A DNA stretch of 58,488 nt, counting the filler, from Basidioascus undulatus (taxonomy: Eukaryota): assembly GCA_000826855.1 (NCBI GenBank). It is 4 parts of 4 records of this genome, joined end to end, with 100 filler letters (N's around TTAATTAATTAA, not from the genome) between each part and the next. Parts side by side here need not be neighbours in the genome. Positions count along the whole stretch, not along the records: positions 1 to 14,556 come from JTLS01000718.1; positions 14,657 to 29,211 come from JTLS01000719.1; 2 more parts are not named here. One strand, 5' to 3'. Both the position numbers and the translations under genes were made by a program. The notes below the pieces were generated by a model, which did not search any database, was not told the origin of the DNA, and was given only the letters and a program-made list of their open reading frames with translations. Below, in pieces: positions 13,731 through 25,300 of the stretch (position 1 is its first letter; every line of letters begins with the position of its first letter).

Positions 13731-14512
13731 ATGTCGTACTATCACAGCGACTATCTGGCTCAGGAACAGTACAACGCCTTGCATATCAATACGGGTCAGC
13801 CTGCTGGCGAGGGCCATACCCCCGCCCCGGGCGCGAGGCAGATGGTCAAGTCGCAGTCTGCTCCGGGCATGACCGCCTTCTGGCAGGAAGGGCAGCACTT
13901 CGCACAGGCAAGTCTCTTTCCCCTAACAACTTCGGTTCCAACACTACCTACGAAGCCTTCTGACTTTTTCTTACCCAACAGCACCAGCCAGCCTACGCCG
14001 GGCAGGGCGCTCGCGAACACTACCCTCCAACCCCCCCAGCCGCCCACGTCTCGCCCACAGTCTACCGTCATCCCACCCAATATTTCCCTCCGTCATACCC
14101 ACCTCCTTCCGAAATGAATCACTCTTCCTACTCGCTCCAGTCGACCCAATCCTCCTACTACGACGACTCGACCGCCCATCCGTCCACCTACCAGTCCCCC
14201 GCGCCGACCCACACTCTCTCAACCGCCTACAACGGCTCCCCCGATTCCCCAGCGCAGCAGTACCCTACCTCTTCCGTTCGATACTACCCCCCTCCCCCGA
14301 ACGAACCGCCCGCGATGGACATGCAGTGGGAGTCGGCCCACAGCCCGTCAACCCACTACGGCTCGGTGGAAGCCCCGCAGGCGCCGCCGCCGAGTGCGCC
14401 GCCGTCGGGCACGTACGACGCGTACGACGCCTGGTCCGGGCACAGGAGCAGCCCGGTCGAGCCCTACTCGAGCCCGTACACGTCGCCTCTCGCGCAGCCC
14501 GTGCCACAATAG
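13731..14512 (+). CDS. low-complexity Pro/Ser/Tyr/Gln-rich hypothetical protein
   Basis: ATG at 13731. A GC-AG intron at 13908-13981 (CAG/GCAAGT...CTGAC...AACAG) joins in frame to ORF 14114-14512. The stop is 44 nt before the contig end, so the model may be incomplete. Confidence 0.6.
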
Positions 14513-14556
14513 ACTTGAGCATGTCCGGCGACTTTGTGGAGCGCGCCCTTTTCGCG

Positions 14557-14656
14557 NNNNNNNNNNNNNNNNNNNNNNNNNNNNNNNNNNNNNNNNNNNN
14601 TTAATTAATTAANNNNNNNNNNNNNNNNNNNNNNNNNNNNNNNNNNNNNNNNNNNN
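14557..14656. other. artificial contig linker N44-TTAATTAATTAA-N44
   Basis: Exactly 100 nt, with a six-frame stop cassette in the centre. Confidence 0.99.
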
Positions 14657-15256
14657 GTCTCGTAATCAACCATTGCCCCCACAAGCCCCGGGTAGCCCCC
14701 GTTGCGGTCTGCTTCGCTCTGCCGGATCCTGACACCCCGCAACACTGGTCAGATGTGGGATCCGTCTTCGCTGATAACCGCTGGGATGGACTTTTTGTAA
14801 TTCTCCCTCGTGAACTCTTTAACTACACTGCAGACAATAGGATTAAGGGTGCTATCACGATAACAGGCTTTTTGAGGTCTGGGCTTTGTCGTCGGCACTG
14901 TCGCAAATAATCCACACTCAACCCCAATCCCGACGCACCGATCGCGCCTTGCCGCTCGAGTAAACATGTAAACAATGCGGCCAAGTTACATTGAAGAGTG
15001 TGCTCTCGACGCTCAGACTGTGTTCCTGAAGCTCGGTTATCGACACAAAAAAAGACAAACGCGTCGGGCCAAGGAGAAGTCCGTCACGGAAATGACGTAA
15101 CCTGGAAGCACTGCCTCCTCGCACCGCATCTTTCGTGCTCTTGCCTTGCCACTTTCTTGCTTCTTGTCCTCATCACCACATACTCAACGTCCTTCAGTCG
15201 ACCCCACCGCTTCCCCTCACTCACATCTTTCGGCATATATCGAAAAACCTCTCGTC

Positions 15257-15964
15257 ATGCCCGACAACAGCTCCGACGCAGTGGAGGGTATCTTGCTAGC
15301 TCTCATCGCCATTTTCGTCCCCCCGCTGCCAGTCTTCATCAAAGTGCGCGTTCCCTTACACCTTCGTTTCCTGACATTGGCTGAACTCGAGGCGCTACAG
15401 AGACGCTGCGGAGGGCACTTCTGGCTCAATATTTTGCTTTGGATCTTCGGGTGGGTAAGGCACAATCACCTCTCTTCCATCATCCCCATCCTTGCGCGCA
15501 CTGACGCCGATTCTCACGGTTTCCAGATCCCAGCCGTCATTCACGCCTGGTACATCATCTTCGCCACACCCCACCGCTCCCGTCGCCAGCCGAACACGGT
15601 CATCTACCAGCCTCCCCCTGCCGCTTCCACGCACGGGGCATCCTTCTCTTCTCGCGCCCCTCCGCACACGTACTCTTCGGCGCACACACCAAGAAGGGAG
15701 GAGTACAACCCGGAGAGCTACTACGGCCAGCCTGAAGTGGCGCCGTCGCCGCAGCCCGCGGTGGGGACGACGGGGTATCCGGCCGAGAAGCAGGTCCAGG
15801 GCGGGGCGTTGCCGAGCTATGAGCAGACTGGCGCGGCGTCTGGACCAGGAGCTGTCACGCCGGGAGGTGCAGGTGTGCCTGGGTACTACGGCGCGGGTGG
15901 GACGAGCCACGAAGCGCAGAACCCGGGTCATGGAAACGGGAGGATGGGCGAGGGCAGGATCTGA
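15257..15964 (+). CDS. Pmp3/UPF0057 proteolipid with long C-terminal tail (Sna3-like)
   Basis: ILLALIAIFVPPLPVFIK/RRCGGHFWLNILLWIFGW/IPAVIHAWYII, with two introns (~15344-15400 and ~15455-15526). The tail contains LPSY. Confidence 0.9.
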   Translation: MPDNSSDAVEGILLALIAIFVPPLPVFIKVRVPLHLRFLTLAELEALQRRCGGHFWLNILLWIFGWVRHNHLSSIIPILARTDADSHGFQIPAVIHAWYIIFATPHRSRRQPNTVIYQPPPAASTHGASFSSRAPPHTYSSAHTPRREEYNPESYYGQPEVAPSPQPAVGTTGYPAEKQVQGGALPSYEQTGAASGPGAVTPGGAGVPGYYGAGGTSHEAQNPGHGNGRMGEGRI

Positions 15965-17066
15965 GGATTGGGGAGGCATGCTACTAGCAATACACGATGA
16001 CGGTAATGCGTGAAATAGGCTGCAAGGCGATCCGCTTGCAGTAGATCACAGATCACAGATTGTGTGCTTTCCTGTGTCTTTAGCGGGATCGCAGTGTCTC
16101 AAATCGGAAGATTTTCTTGTTCTTCGCGAGTGCCAAAGGTGCCACACGGGAACAACACTCTCTGGGATGACGCACGAGAAGAGCGAGCTCGTGGAACATT
16201 AGGTGGTCTCACGAACCAAAAATAAAAGTATTGTCTGCAATTCAGGCACCAACTCCCATTTCTACTCGCTCCCGCTATCGGTTGGGCAAGTGGCAGCACC
16301 AGGCTTGTATACTGAGGGTGATTTTAGGTGATTCTGACTCGGCGGAGGGAGCCGCGACCCTGATTCAGAGGGCAAAGTCTGGAAGGAAAAATCAAGATTG
16401 GATTTAAAACCGGCTTTGTTGGCATCGGTGCGGCGTGCGCATGAGAAGCGACTCGGTTCCTCGCTCCCCCATCAGCTGTCTCCTGCGCGGGAACCACAGT
16501 GCCGTCCGCACGCCGCAATATGTTTAACCGAGAGGGAGGGTATAGACAAGTTGTTGGCAAGCTGTAGACTTTGCGAGCCTCAGTGCGTGGCATTGCGACA
16601 TGCAGCGGTGCACACTGGCCGAAGCGATGGTGTAGACCTTGTAGGTATAGGTTTCTGGGAAGGGAAAGGATTCTCAAAGTGCTTTTGGATTTCAGAATGC
16701 GATTCATCTTCCACGATGGATCGACTGCACTGCAATTCGCCAATCACGGTAGGTGGCCCACACTCGGAGACTACTCTGCCGTTGGCTTTCGGCCACCGCG
16801 CTCTCGGGCACGCCAATTGTGGTCACGCCGACACGGACCTCGACGGACCGCTTTCTCTACACCAAACCCTGAACTTATCTCGTAGATGCTCGTACAACCA
16901 AACTAACACGTGTATCTTTGTCATGAGAGGATGCTCGTCGCCCTTTCCCGAACCCACACCTGCTCCTCTTTCGTTCCCATGAACCACTATCGTTCTGCTC
17001 ACCAAACTTTCGGTCGCGTCTCGAGCTCGCCCGACGCCTCTTGCAGTTCACAACTCACCACCCGCC

Positions 17067-20000
17067 ATGTCGGTCCTAGAACTTCAGCGAAGTGTAAAGG
17101 AATCGCACAAGGGCAAGTCGCTCCCGCCCGCCCTCTCTAGCGTGGGCTCGATCCGCGCCGGTACAGCCTCGCGCTCGCAGCGCGGTCCACCCTCACCTCC
17201 TTCGCCACCCAAAGCGAATGGGAATCGTGCGCCCTCCGTCGCCACCGCCCACGCACCCCCCACGCGGCAGGCGAGTCGAGCGCCCACCGTCGCTTCGAAA
17301 TCGGGAGGCACCCAACGCAGCCCTTCGCTAGATAACGTCGTGCCCTCTCCTCTCGAGTACGCGCATATCGCGACTTCACAGCTTCGGGATGTTGCTCATA
17401 TGATGTGCCTACAGTCAACGGACCGTGCGCGACCTGCGCTCCACCCCGCTTCCCAACCCACCGGCAGCAGTTCCAGCCTCCGTCCGACCCTCGATCTATC
17501 ACGCCACAGCCGCACGCCCTGCGCCGATCGTCGAAGATGCAATGTCCGAGCGCTCGGCCCTGCTTTCCGAGGCGCCAGATAAATCTCTTCCGACCGCCGA
17601 AGACCTTCGGAAGCGCCTTGAGCAGCTCTTGCGCGAGCCCGCGCTGCGCGATAGCGAAGCTGGTCGGCGCGCTGCTGAGAGTCTCCGGAGTGGAAAGACA
17701 GGGAGGATAGCCAAGGTGAGCATCTGAGCCGAACTGTTGCTGATTACTGTCTGCTGACTCTCCTCTCCCAAAACAACAGGAACTGGCGACCGCTGCGGCT
17801 ACTATTCCTCGTCGCCCCGTGCTCGACCGCGAGCGCACCCTCATGGACATCGCGGGCGATGCGGAAGTGCAGGAGAACGAGCTTCGTGTCCGTGCCCGTC
17901 TCTCTTGCCCTAATCAAAATCTGTTTTGCCACGTGACTCATACGCCTTCTCTGGCGCTTCGCTCTCCCCATCTAGGCCATCGTCGCTTCTCTTCAGGATC
18001 AGCTTCTGCTCTCCGCTCAGCATGCCGAGAACGCACAGACGAGACTTGCGTCTTCCTCTGTCGCTTTGCGAGACGCGCATGCGCAAGCGATTGCGAACGA
18101 GGTGGCGCGCCGATCGATCCAGGAGCAGTTGGCGCGGGAGCGGGCGCGCGCTGAAGGCGCTCGGGAGAAGGCTGCGGTTCAGAAGAGGGAGCTCAGCCAT
18201 GCTGGTGCGTCTCCTCCAACGAAAGCCTGCGCTCGTGAATATCCTAATATTCGGCGCCCTGCAAAAGAAATGATCATCCAACAGCTCCAGCTCGCGCGAG
18301 AGGAGGCGGAGTTGGACGCCGAGCGCTGGCAGCGAAAGGCGCACAAGGCCGACCTCAAAGCCGCGGCGGCGGGAGGCAAGATCAGGTCGCGCTCGAGCTC
18401 GACGCCGCATCGCCACCGCGAGGCCCCCGTCCAATCCGCCAAGCGGTACCGTCCTCGCGAGAGGCAGGGCTGGCCCGAGCGCCCCCCGTACCACCCTGCG
18501 CCATACTTAGATGCGCCGCCACGCTCGGCACAGATGGACCCATATCTCGACCCCGGTCCGTCAGTGTCGGAACGGCACGGCGAGACTCGGCACCATCAGC
18601 GCTCACACACTGAGCCTGATGGGAACGGGCGCGTCGCGGGCATCGGGTGGCCGTACGCTGACGGTGCCGCTTCGGCGGAGCAAAGCGGCTGGGGCAGAGA
18701 GCGGGCGGGGCTGCAAAGAACGAAGAGCGAGGGAAGCGTTGTACGTCTTCGTTCCACCAAGGACTTTCGCACAAGACACTCAGAATACCTGACTAACCTG
18801 TTGTCCGCCCGCATAAGCCGACGATGAGGCGCCAGCGAACACCCGATCCCCTGCCAGTGCCAACCCATGCCCCCGTTCCCCGATCTGCCTCACCTCCGCC
18901 CGAACCTTCCCGTGCTCGCTCCATCGCCTCGCGCGCATTCAGCATCATGCGTCCCGCGTCCACAGTGGTCCCTTCCGCGCCGTCGCAGCGCCTCGCGCCG
19001 TACCGACCTCCGAGGCCGGGCGACGGCGCCGCGCTCCACAAGTCCCAGTACGAGCCGCCCGGATGGCCGCACGTCCACCCGCCGAGCGATGTGGGAGCGC
19101 ACAGCGCGACGAGGGAGCCGAGCAGGCTTCAAAGCCGCGTAACGAGCAGAGCAGCGAGCCTCGGTCTCGGTGCCGTTCCAGTCGGCTACGGTGGGGCACC
19201 GTCTGCGGGTTACGCGTCGCCTAGTCGGCCTCAGGCGGAATCGGCTGGGGCCAGCGCGTGGGGAGGCGCTGTGGGACCAGCGAGAAGCTTGCGGACGGTC
19301 CAGGAGGAAGAGGAAGACCGCAGGAGCGCGGCGAGGGACGAGGTTCGCTCGTATCGCGATGAAGGGCGTTCGGCGCATTCGGCACACCCAGCGGCACCAC
19401 CGATCAACTACGACTCCCGCTCCTCTCGCCCGTTGCGACCGGACGACGTCCGCTCAACGCGGACGTCGCGCACGGGTGCCACCTCGCTGGGTCGCCCGTT
19501 GTTACGCGGCGAAGGCCGCATCGAAGAGCTGGCGGAGGATGAGGAGGACGAATACGAGGAGGGCGCACGGCGGTCAGTCGGCCACGCGCCGTCGTGCGGA
19601 CGACCAGCGAGCGACGGGCGGAGTACTCGTGCCCCAACGGCGATCCCGGCCATTACGCTCCAGCCGCCGAGCATGACGACGAGCAGTGTTGGGCGTTCCC
19701 CGAGCCTGCACCCAAACCAAGTCCCTCTTCCCGACTCGACCGTGAGGGGCGGCGCCACGACAAGTCGCACACCCACCGTGCGCGGTGACCCTAGTCGTGC
19801 GCCGACCGTGCGGGGAAAGTCAATGTCGCACGCGCGTCCGGCTTCTGAGCGCACACACGCTGCTCCGCCCGTCTCGCTCGCCGCAGCTGCCTCGCTCGCG
19901 CGCTCTGAGCGTAGTCGCCCCCCAGCATCGCCGCGTCCGGCGATGGCGATGCCCGAGCCACAGCTGCCCGTGCTGGTTCCTCGGATGGAGGAGAATCCGA

Positions 20001-20110
20001 TGACGGGTTTGAGCGCGGAGGAGCGGAAGGCCGCGTTCCGCGCGAAGGCGCTGCAGGCGAAGGAAAGACAGGTGGCGAGGATGGCGGGGCTGAATGGTGA
20101 GGCCGAGTGA
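17067..20110 (+). CDS. large hypothetical protein with central coiled coil and Pro/Ser/Arg-rich disordered flanks
   Basis: Exons joined by GT-AG introns from MSVLELQRSVKE to RMAGLNGEAE*. The helical, heptad-like segment AIVASLQDQLLL...IQEQLARERARAE...LQLAREEAELDAERWQRK is central. Confidence 0.7.
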
Positions 20111-20362
20111 GCGGTCTGGGCGGTGTGGTGCAGAAGGAAGAGACTCGGCGCCTTCTCAAGACATGTTGCTTAGTTACGTATCGACGATGCTCACGATTGC
20201 TCATGCCGTACTGTTGCCTCCCTGGCGTCCAGCCATCCCAAATGCGAAAATGTCTGTTCAGGCTCTGCCGACTTCCAGGCAGTCCCCGTAAACTTCATCG
20301 AGTTAAGGAAATAAATAATAAAGCGTTGGCGTCCTGTCTACCCCTGCTACAACATCGCAAGT

Positions 20363-20540
20363 CTAGTACATCAACAGCCCGATGAAGACGGAAGTAACCA
20401 AGACGAGCACGCTCGAAGCGACCCGCGCTGCACCGCTCGTGGCGTAGATGCGCACTGAGTTGATCTCCCAGTACGCATCGCTGAACTCTCCAGGGTCGAG
20501 GCGCACGAATGGCACGCAGCCCATCGCCGGACAGCCCACC
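20363..20540 (-). pseudogene. C-terminal remnant of a GH16 endo-1,3(4)-beta-glucanase with GPI-like tail
   Basis: CPAMGCVPFVRLDPGEFSDAYWEINSVRIY matches the fungal Lam16A-type terminal motif, followed by a hydrophobic tail. No catalytic ExDxxE was found upstream. Confidence 0.65.
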
Positions 20541-22329
20541 GGCTGATCCACAATTGGTGCCATCAAGCCCGGCGTCATACTCGGCATGGACCTCGCTGGT
20601 ATTGTCGAAAAGGTTTGCGAGCCTCTCAAGATCGATATCATAGTCGGCGACCGTGTCTCCACATACGTGCGTATTTTCAACTGTGGCACTTCGAACTCAC
20701 TCATTGATCACAACCATGGTTTCCTTCGCAACCGCCTTTCAAGGTGCACGGTGGTTATTACGAAGACAGGGACGCATATGCTGAATACGTCAAGGCCGAT
20801 GCAGACCTCTTGTAGAAGGTGCCCCCTGCTTTGTCTTTTGAAGACGCCACGACTTTAGTATATCAGAAATGAATATATGGAGAATAAATAATCAAAAGCA
20901 ACTAACTGCATTTTATAGAAGGACCATTTGCATAGGGAATGCACCGCGAGAGCTGCCAGATTCCCCCCGCCCCCAAGAGTTAGCGAACAAATTGACTTGG
21001 GGGGGGGGGGGATATCGCTCCCAAGACCTGACCCAGAGGTCCAAGAATCACATATACCCAGCTGATAGATGACACCATCTCGTCGATGTGCGTGATGCTG
21101 CCCGCAACTACACTAGCCCCGGTCGTCGTGAGCCCACCGCAGCCTGAGGCCCTGAGTTCGTTGCCCAGCACCGTCATGCCGAAACGTGGCGTACCCACCA
21201 ACACCAACAAGGAGGGGAAAGAATAAGGAACAGTATATGCTTTCACACCGATATGAGGGACGTACAGTGAAATTGAACGACTACGCCCAAACAACAGGAC
21301 ACGGCACATTCCCGACCTTGGGACAAGAGAGGGTCTTTGGGTGCGGTAATCTGACGCTTTGGTGCTAGATACCACATTCCCGATATAGGGGACCGAAAGG
21401 CTTGGACTATGCTTTCATGCGGTGGCACTGAACAGGCACCTGACCTTTGAGTCCATCTGCAGCTTGGCTTCAAACGTCTGCCTCGCTCTTCTCAACACAA
21501 CTTTCATGCTGGCCTGCTGGTCCAGATTAGAGTTGTTTCTGGGACGCTACGGGAAGGGTGGTAGGTGGCTGGCGGATGGGGCTAGCGTCCCATGGTGGGG
21601 CTGGGGTACGTTGGTGACGATGCTGGCTGCAGACGATGCTGCAGCGGGAGATGGGCATGAACCTGCTTTTGAATTTCATTTGAAGGGGTGTATCTCCTGG
21701 GGGCTATGTGGGCTTCCAATATTTCATATGAAGAAAATGTGCCTTTGGGCAGTTTTTCTTGCGAGCCATGAGATTGCTGCTACATGCAAAGTAGATGCCT
21801 TACTTCTTGGCCTGCAGAGCTGATTCAACTTAGTTGGGGTCCGCCGAACCATGTCTTACGTTTACTGGCGTTTACGCTGGAAAAACTGATCAGAAGAGGG
21901 TAAGGCACAAACTGGATTATTTGGTCGCGACACGGCTATGCTCAAAAACTCAAAAACACAGAAATACACGTTACGATCCGACTTCCAAAAGGCCAAGGTC
22001 GGGAACATGCGGCTTGCCGCGTAAAGATCCGCCTGCAGTGCGTCAACGTCCCTGCTGCAGTGGCTCGTGCGTGCATGCAATTAAACAGGGAAGCCGCGTT
22101 GAAAATGAGTTCAACATTCTTTCATTCGAAGGCGTAAAGGGTTTGCGGCAGATGTTCCCAATTAATGGAGGCATCGCGCGCAGACAGACTGGCGTCCGGC
22201 GAAAGGGGGACTCTTCCGGTGCAGCGAGCGGTTGCAGACTTCGCCGAAGTGCTTCATGCAAATATCGGTGCGGGAAACCATCTGCCCTCTGCATCTCTTC
22301 CCCACCCAGCTTTTCCTCCTCGTCCCTCT

Positions 22330-25300
22330 TTAATTGGACAGCGCCTCAATGAACGCACGGCCGAGCGCGCGACCGAGCGGCGGTGGGACGGCGTTGCCGA
22401 CCTGGGCGTAGAGCTGGCGGCCAGGATGCATCCCACGTTTAGCGTGCAGCACTGAAGACAAATAATAATTAATGAGTGCGCGCACCTTCTTGACATCCGA
22501 GTCAGGGCGATCGTCGGCGGTGAGGAAGACGAAGTGGTCCGGGAAGCCCTGGATGCGGGCGGCTTCCCGGAGCGTAATCGTCCGCTAGAAAAACAGTCGT
22601 CAGCTGCTGGTGGTGGATGACACAGACTCAAGCCGAGGAAGACGCACATGTTGCTGAAAAGCAGGAGCTCATGCCACGTTCAAGCCGTCTTGGAAAGGGA
22701 AAGAGGAGAAAGAAGGAACACGCACATTTGGATGCAGCCAGGTTGTCCGCTGCCCAGTCGGGTTGACCTGCGTGGTCATGATTCGCGAGAAGTCGTGCAT
22801 CGACAGACGACCGAACGAGCCTGTAAAGTTGACATCTCAAGGTCAGCTGGTGCATCGGGTAAAGGGCGTGCTTCCAAATCTTTTTGGAAATTGATCCCTT
22901 GCGCCAGCTCGGGAGACAAGGCTGTCGAGTAGAAACAGTATCAGTGTACCATGTCAGGGGCACATGAAAAGCGACGGAGCCATGAGAGCAAGCCACGCAC
23001 CGCAATGGTCAATCGAGCCACTTTTCGCTCCCTTCGCGTACGCTGGCTCTAGCGGTACGGAACAGATTCTGTAAATGGTCTTCAGCGTAAACAGTTCGAA
23101 AAGAGACAGCTTCAAAAGAAAAAAATGTACAGTTCAACAATCCGGTTCGAGTACTGCCCAGTCAGTTGCTGCGTCAGTTTTCCGCCGTGAGCTCGCGCTT
23201 GCTCCTGGAAACTCGTCCGTGGATCATGCGGGTAGTCGACCGGCTTTACGAAGCCAGTTGAGCTGGAGACGGTGAGCTGCTTGAGGAACTCCGCGCGTTG
23301 CTCGCGGTCCAGCGCCTGCTCGTGCGTCTGCGGGCGAAGGACATGCGGATTGTCCCTGAAAATACGAACTCAGCAAACTAGAAGCAAACTTTAAAAAGCG
23401 ACAAAACGCACCAGTCAAACCCTCGGATGTCGCCAATTGCCATCCCGACCGTGACGGCAGGGTGTGGCGCATAGCTCGTCTGCGCGACGCGGAACTTTCG
23501 GCCCATCGCGAGCTTGATGGTCGCCCGATGACTTGGCTCGAATGCGTGCGTCTTACGAGGCAGGTGCGGGAGCTTGAGGCCGCGCTTCGCCGCCCAGACG
23601 ATGAGGCGATGGCGGGACTGCGGGACGCCGTAGTCCCCAGCTTGAACGATGCCCCACCGCACCTGATACCTGGATGCGGGCAAGGCAGTTAAGTCACAGT
23701 GGGAAAATGGGTGCGCCAAGGCTTACCCCATGGACGTCAGCGCACGAAGAAGAACCCGCAGAACGCCGTTGTCGCCCTCAGAGATGCCGTTCTTGGTGTC
23801 GTCCTTGACCTTGCCCAGCCGGTGCGACACGAGGCCGACGACGTTCTCTAGCAAGCCGAAGTTGGGCCGATAGCTGCGACGCAGGGATCGGTGAATGCTT
23901 TTTGCTATGCGTTCTTAACAAAGGAGCGACATACTGATCTACCCAAGACGCAAAGTTGAGCACGAGCGCGGCCTTCGGGTCTCCGATCTTCTTGAACCGG
24001 TTCAGGGACGAGAAGGCCTGGCTGCGACAGGCCCCGCAATTGTCAGTCTGTGCATCTCTGTGCGTTAATTCAAATTCATTACCATGGGGTTCTGAAAGAC
24101 GGATTGCGTTTTCAGCCAAAGTTGGAAGGATACTGAAAAGACAAACGCACCCAGCCTTGATCATGTCGACGTTGCCTTGCTCGGGTGGGGCGTGTTCGCC
24201 ATCCGTTGCGCGGCCCTCGTCACGGTCGATGGCGGTTTTGAGGATGGCATTAACGCACGTCGTATAGACGTGAGCGTCCGGAAAGTTGTGCCTGTGAGGC
24301 AATGATAAGTCAACAGTCAAGCAAGATAGGCAGGTGGAATCGCGGCTACGTACTGGAACGTGCGGGCCGCTGCCGAGTCCGACTCGACCGCCCATCTTGT
24401 CTTGACGATGCCCGCCGTGTCGAGCCCGCACGGCAGACCGCCGGCGCCGGCGCAGAGCTCGAGGCTGTTGAGCTCGCGGTCGTTGGACCGCAAAGTCGCG
24501 AGGGGCATCTCGCGCGCGTGGGGCTCGTCGTCCTGCGCTCTATGCGTCAAGCGCAAAGCGGAGTCGTCTGGCGCAATGGGCTCGAAGTCGTCTGGGGACG
24601 GTGAGCGGTCGCACCCGTCGAGGTACGACCAGGTGTTCATGATTGGCCGGCGCGCGACGGAGTCGAACCAGAACTGATCCGGCTCGGCACACCACGCGAG
24701 CATGTCGGCGAGCTCCGCGGAGTGCTTCGCGCGAAACGTGCCGGCAAGGCTGTTGACGGTGATGCGCTTCACGTGCTCTCGGCTGCAGAGGTAGATCTCG
24801 CGCTGCAACAAGTTGAGAAGGTCAAACTCGCATTGACCATCCTGCGCAGCAAAGCAAACTGCAGAAAAATGCACCTCGTCCGCCGTAATGTTCGAAAACT
24901 TCCTATTCCGCCAAACGAGGCTCGCCATCCGCCCAAATTTGCGGCCATAGACGACCGGCTTGCCGTCCGCCGGCGCCGCCCAGTTGATCTTGACGATTTG
25001 CACCAGGCCGTACAGCGGCGCGCGTGCGCCCACCGGGGCGTCTTGCAGGTAGACGAAATCGCCGACGTCGTAGTAGACGTCCAAGAGCGTGAAGCCGATG
25101 CCTCCAGCTAGCCGAGTCGGGACGTTTCGGCGCTTTTCCGCGCGCCTCCGCTGCGCGAGCGACTGGGGCGTGACGCGGACCGAGTCGTACTCATCCACGT
25201 CGATGAAGTCGCCCGTCTCCTCATCGGCGAGGAAGCTGTAATGTCGGGGATGAAAAAACATAAGCAACACAGGATGAAGGGGAGGATTAAGAAGGCCGGG

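Noticed and set aside
14601..14612. TTAATTAATTAA recurring every ~14.6 kb as a biological repeat or piggyBac-like site
   Set aside because: It is always centred in a 100-nt N block, so it is an artificial six-frame stop linker.
23778..24431. DNMT as catalytically dead because the ORF track lacks PCQ
   Set aside because: The motif is restored by the 9-nt microexon at 24083-24091.
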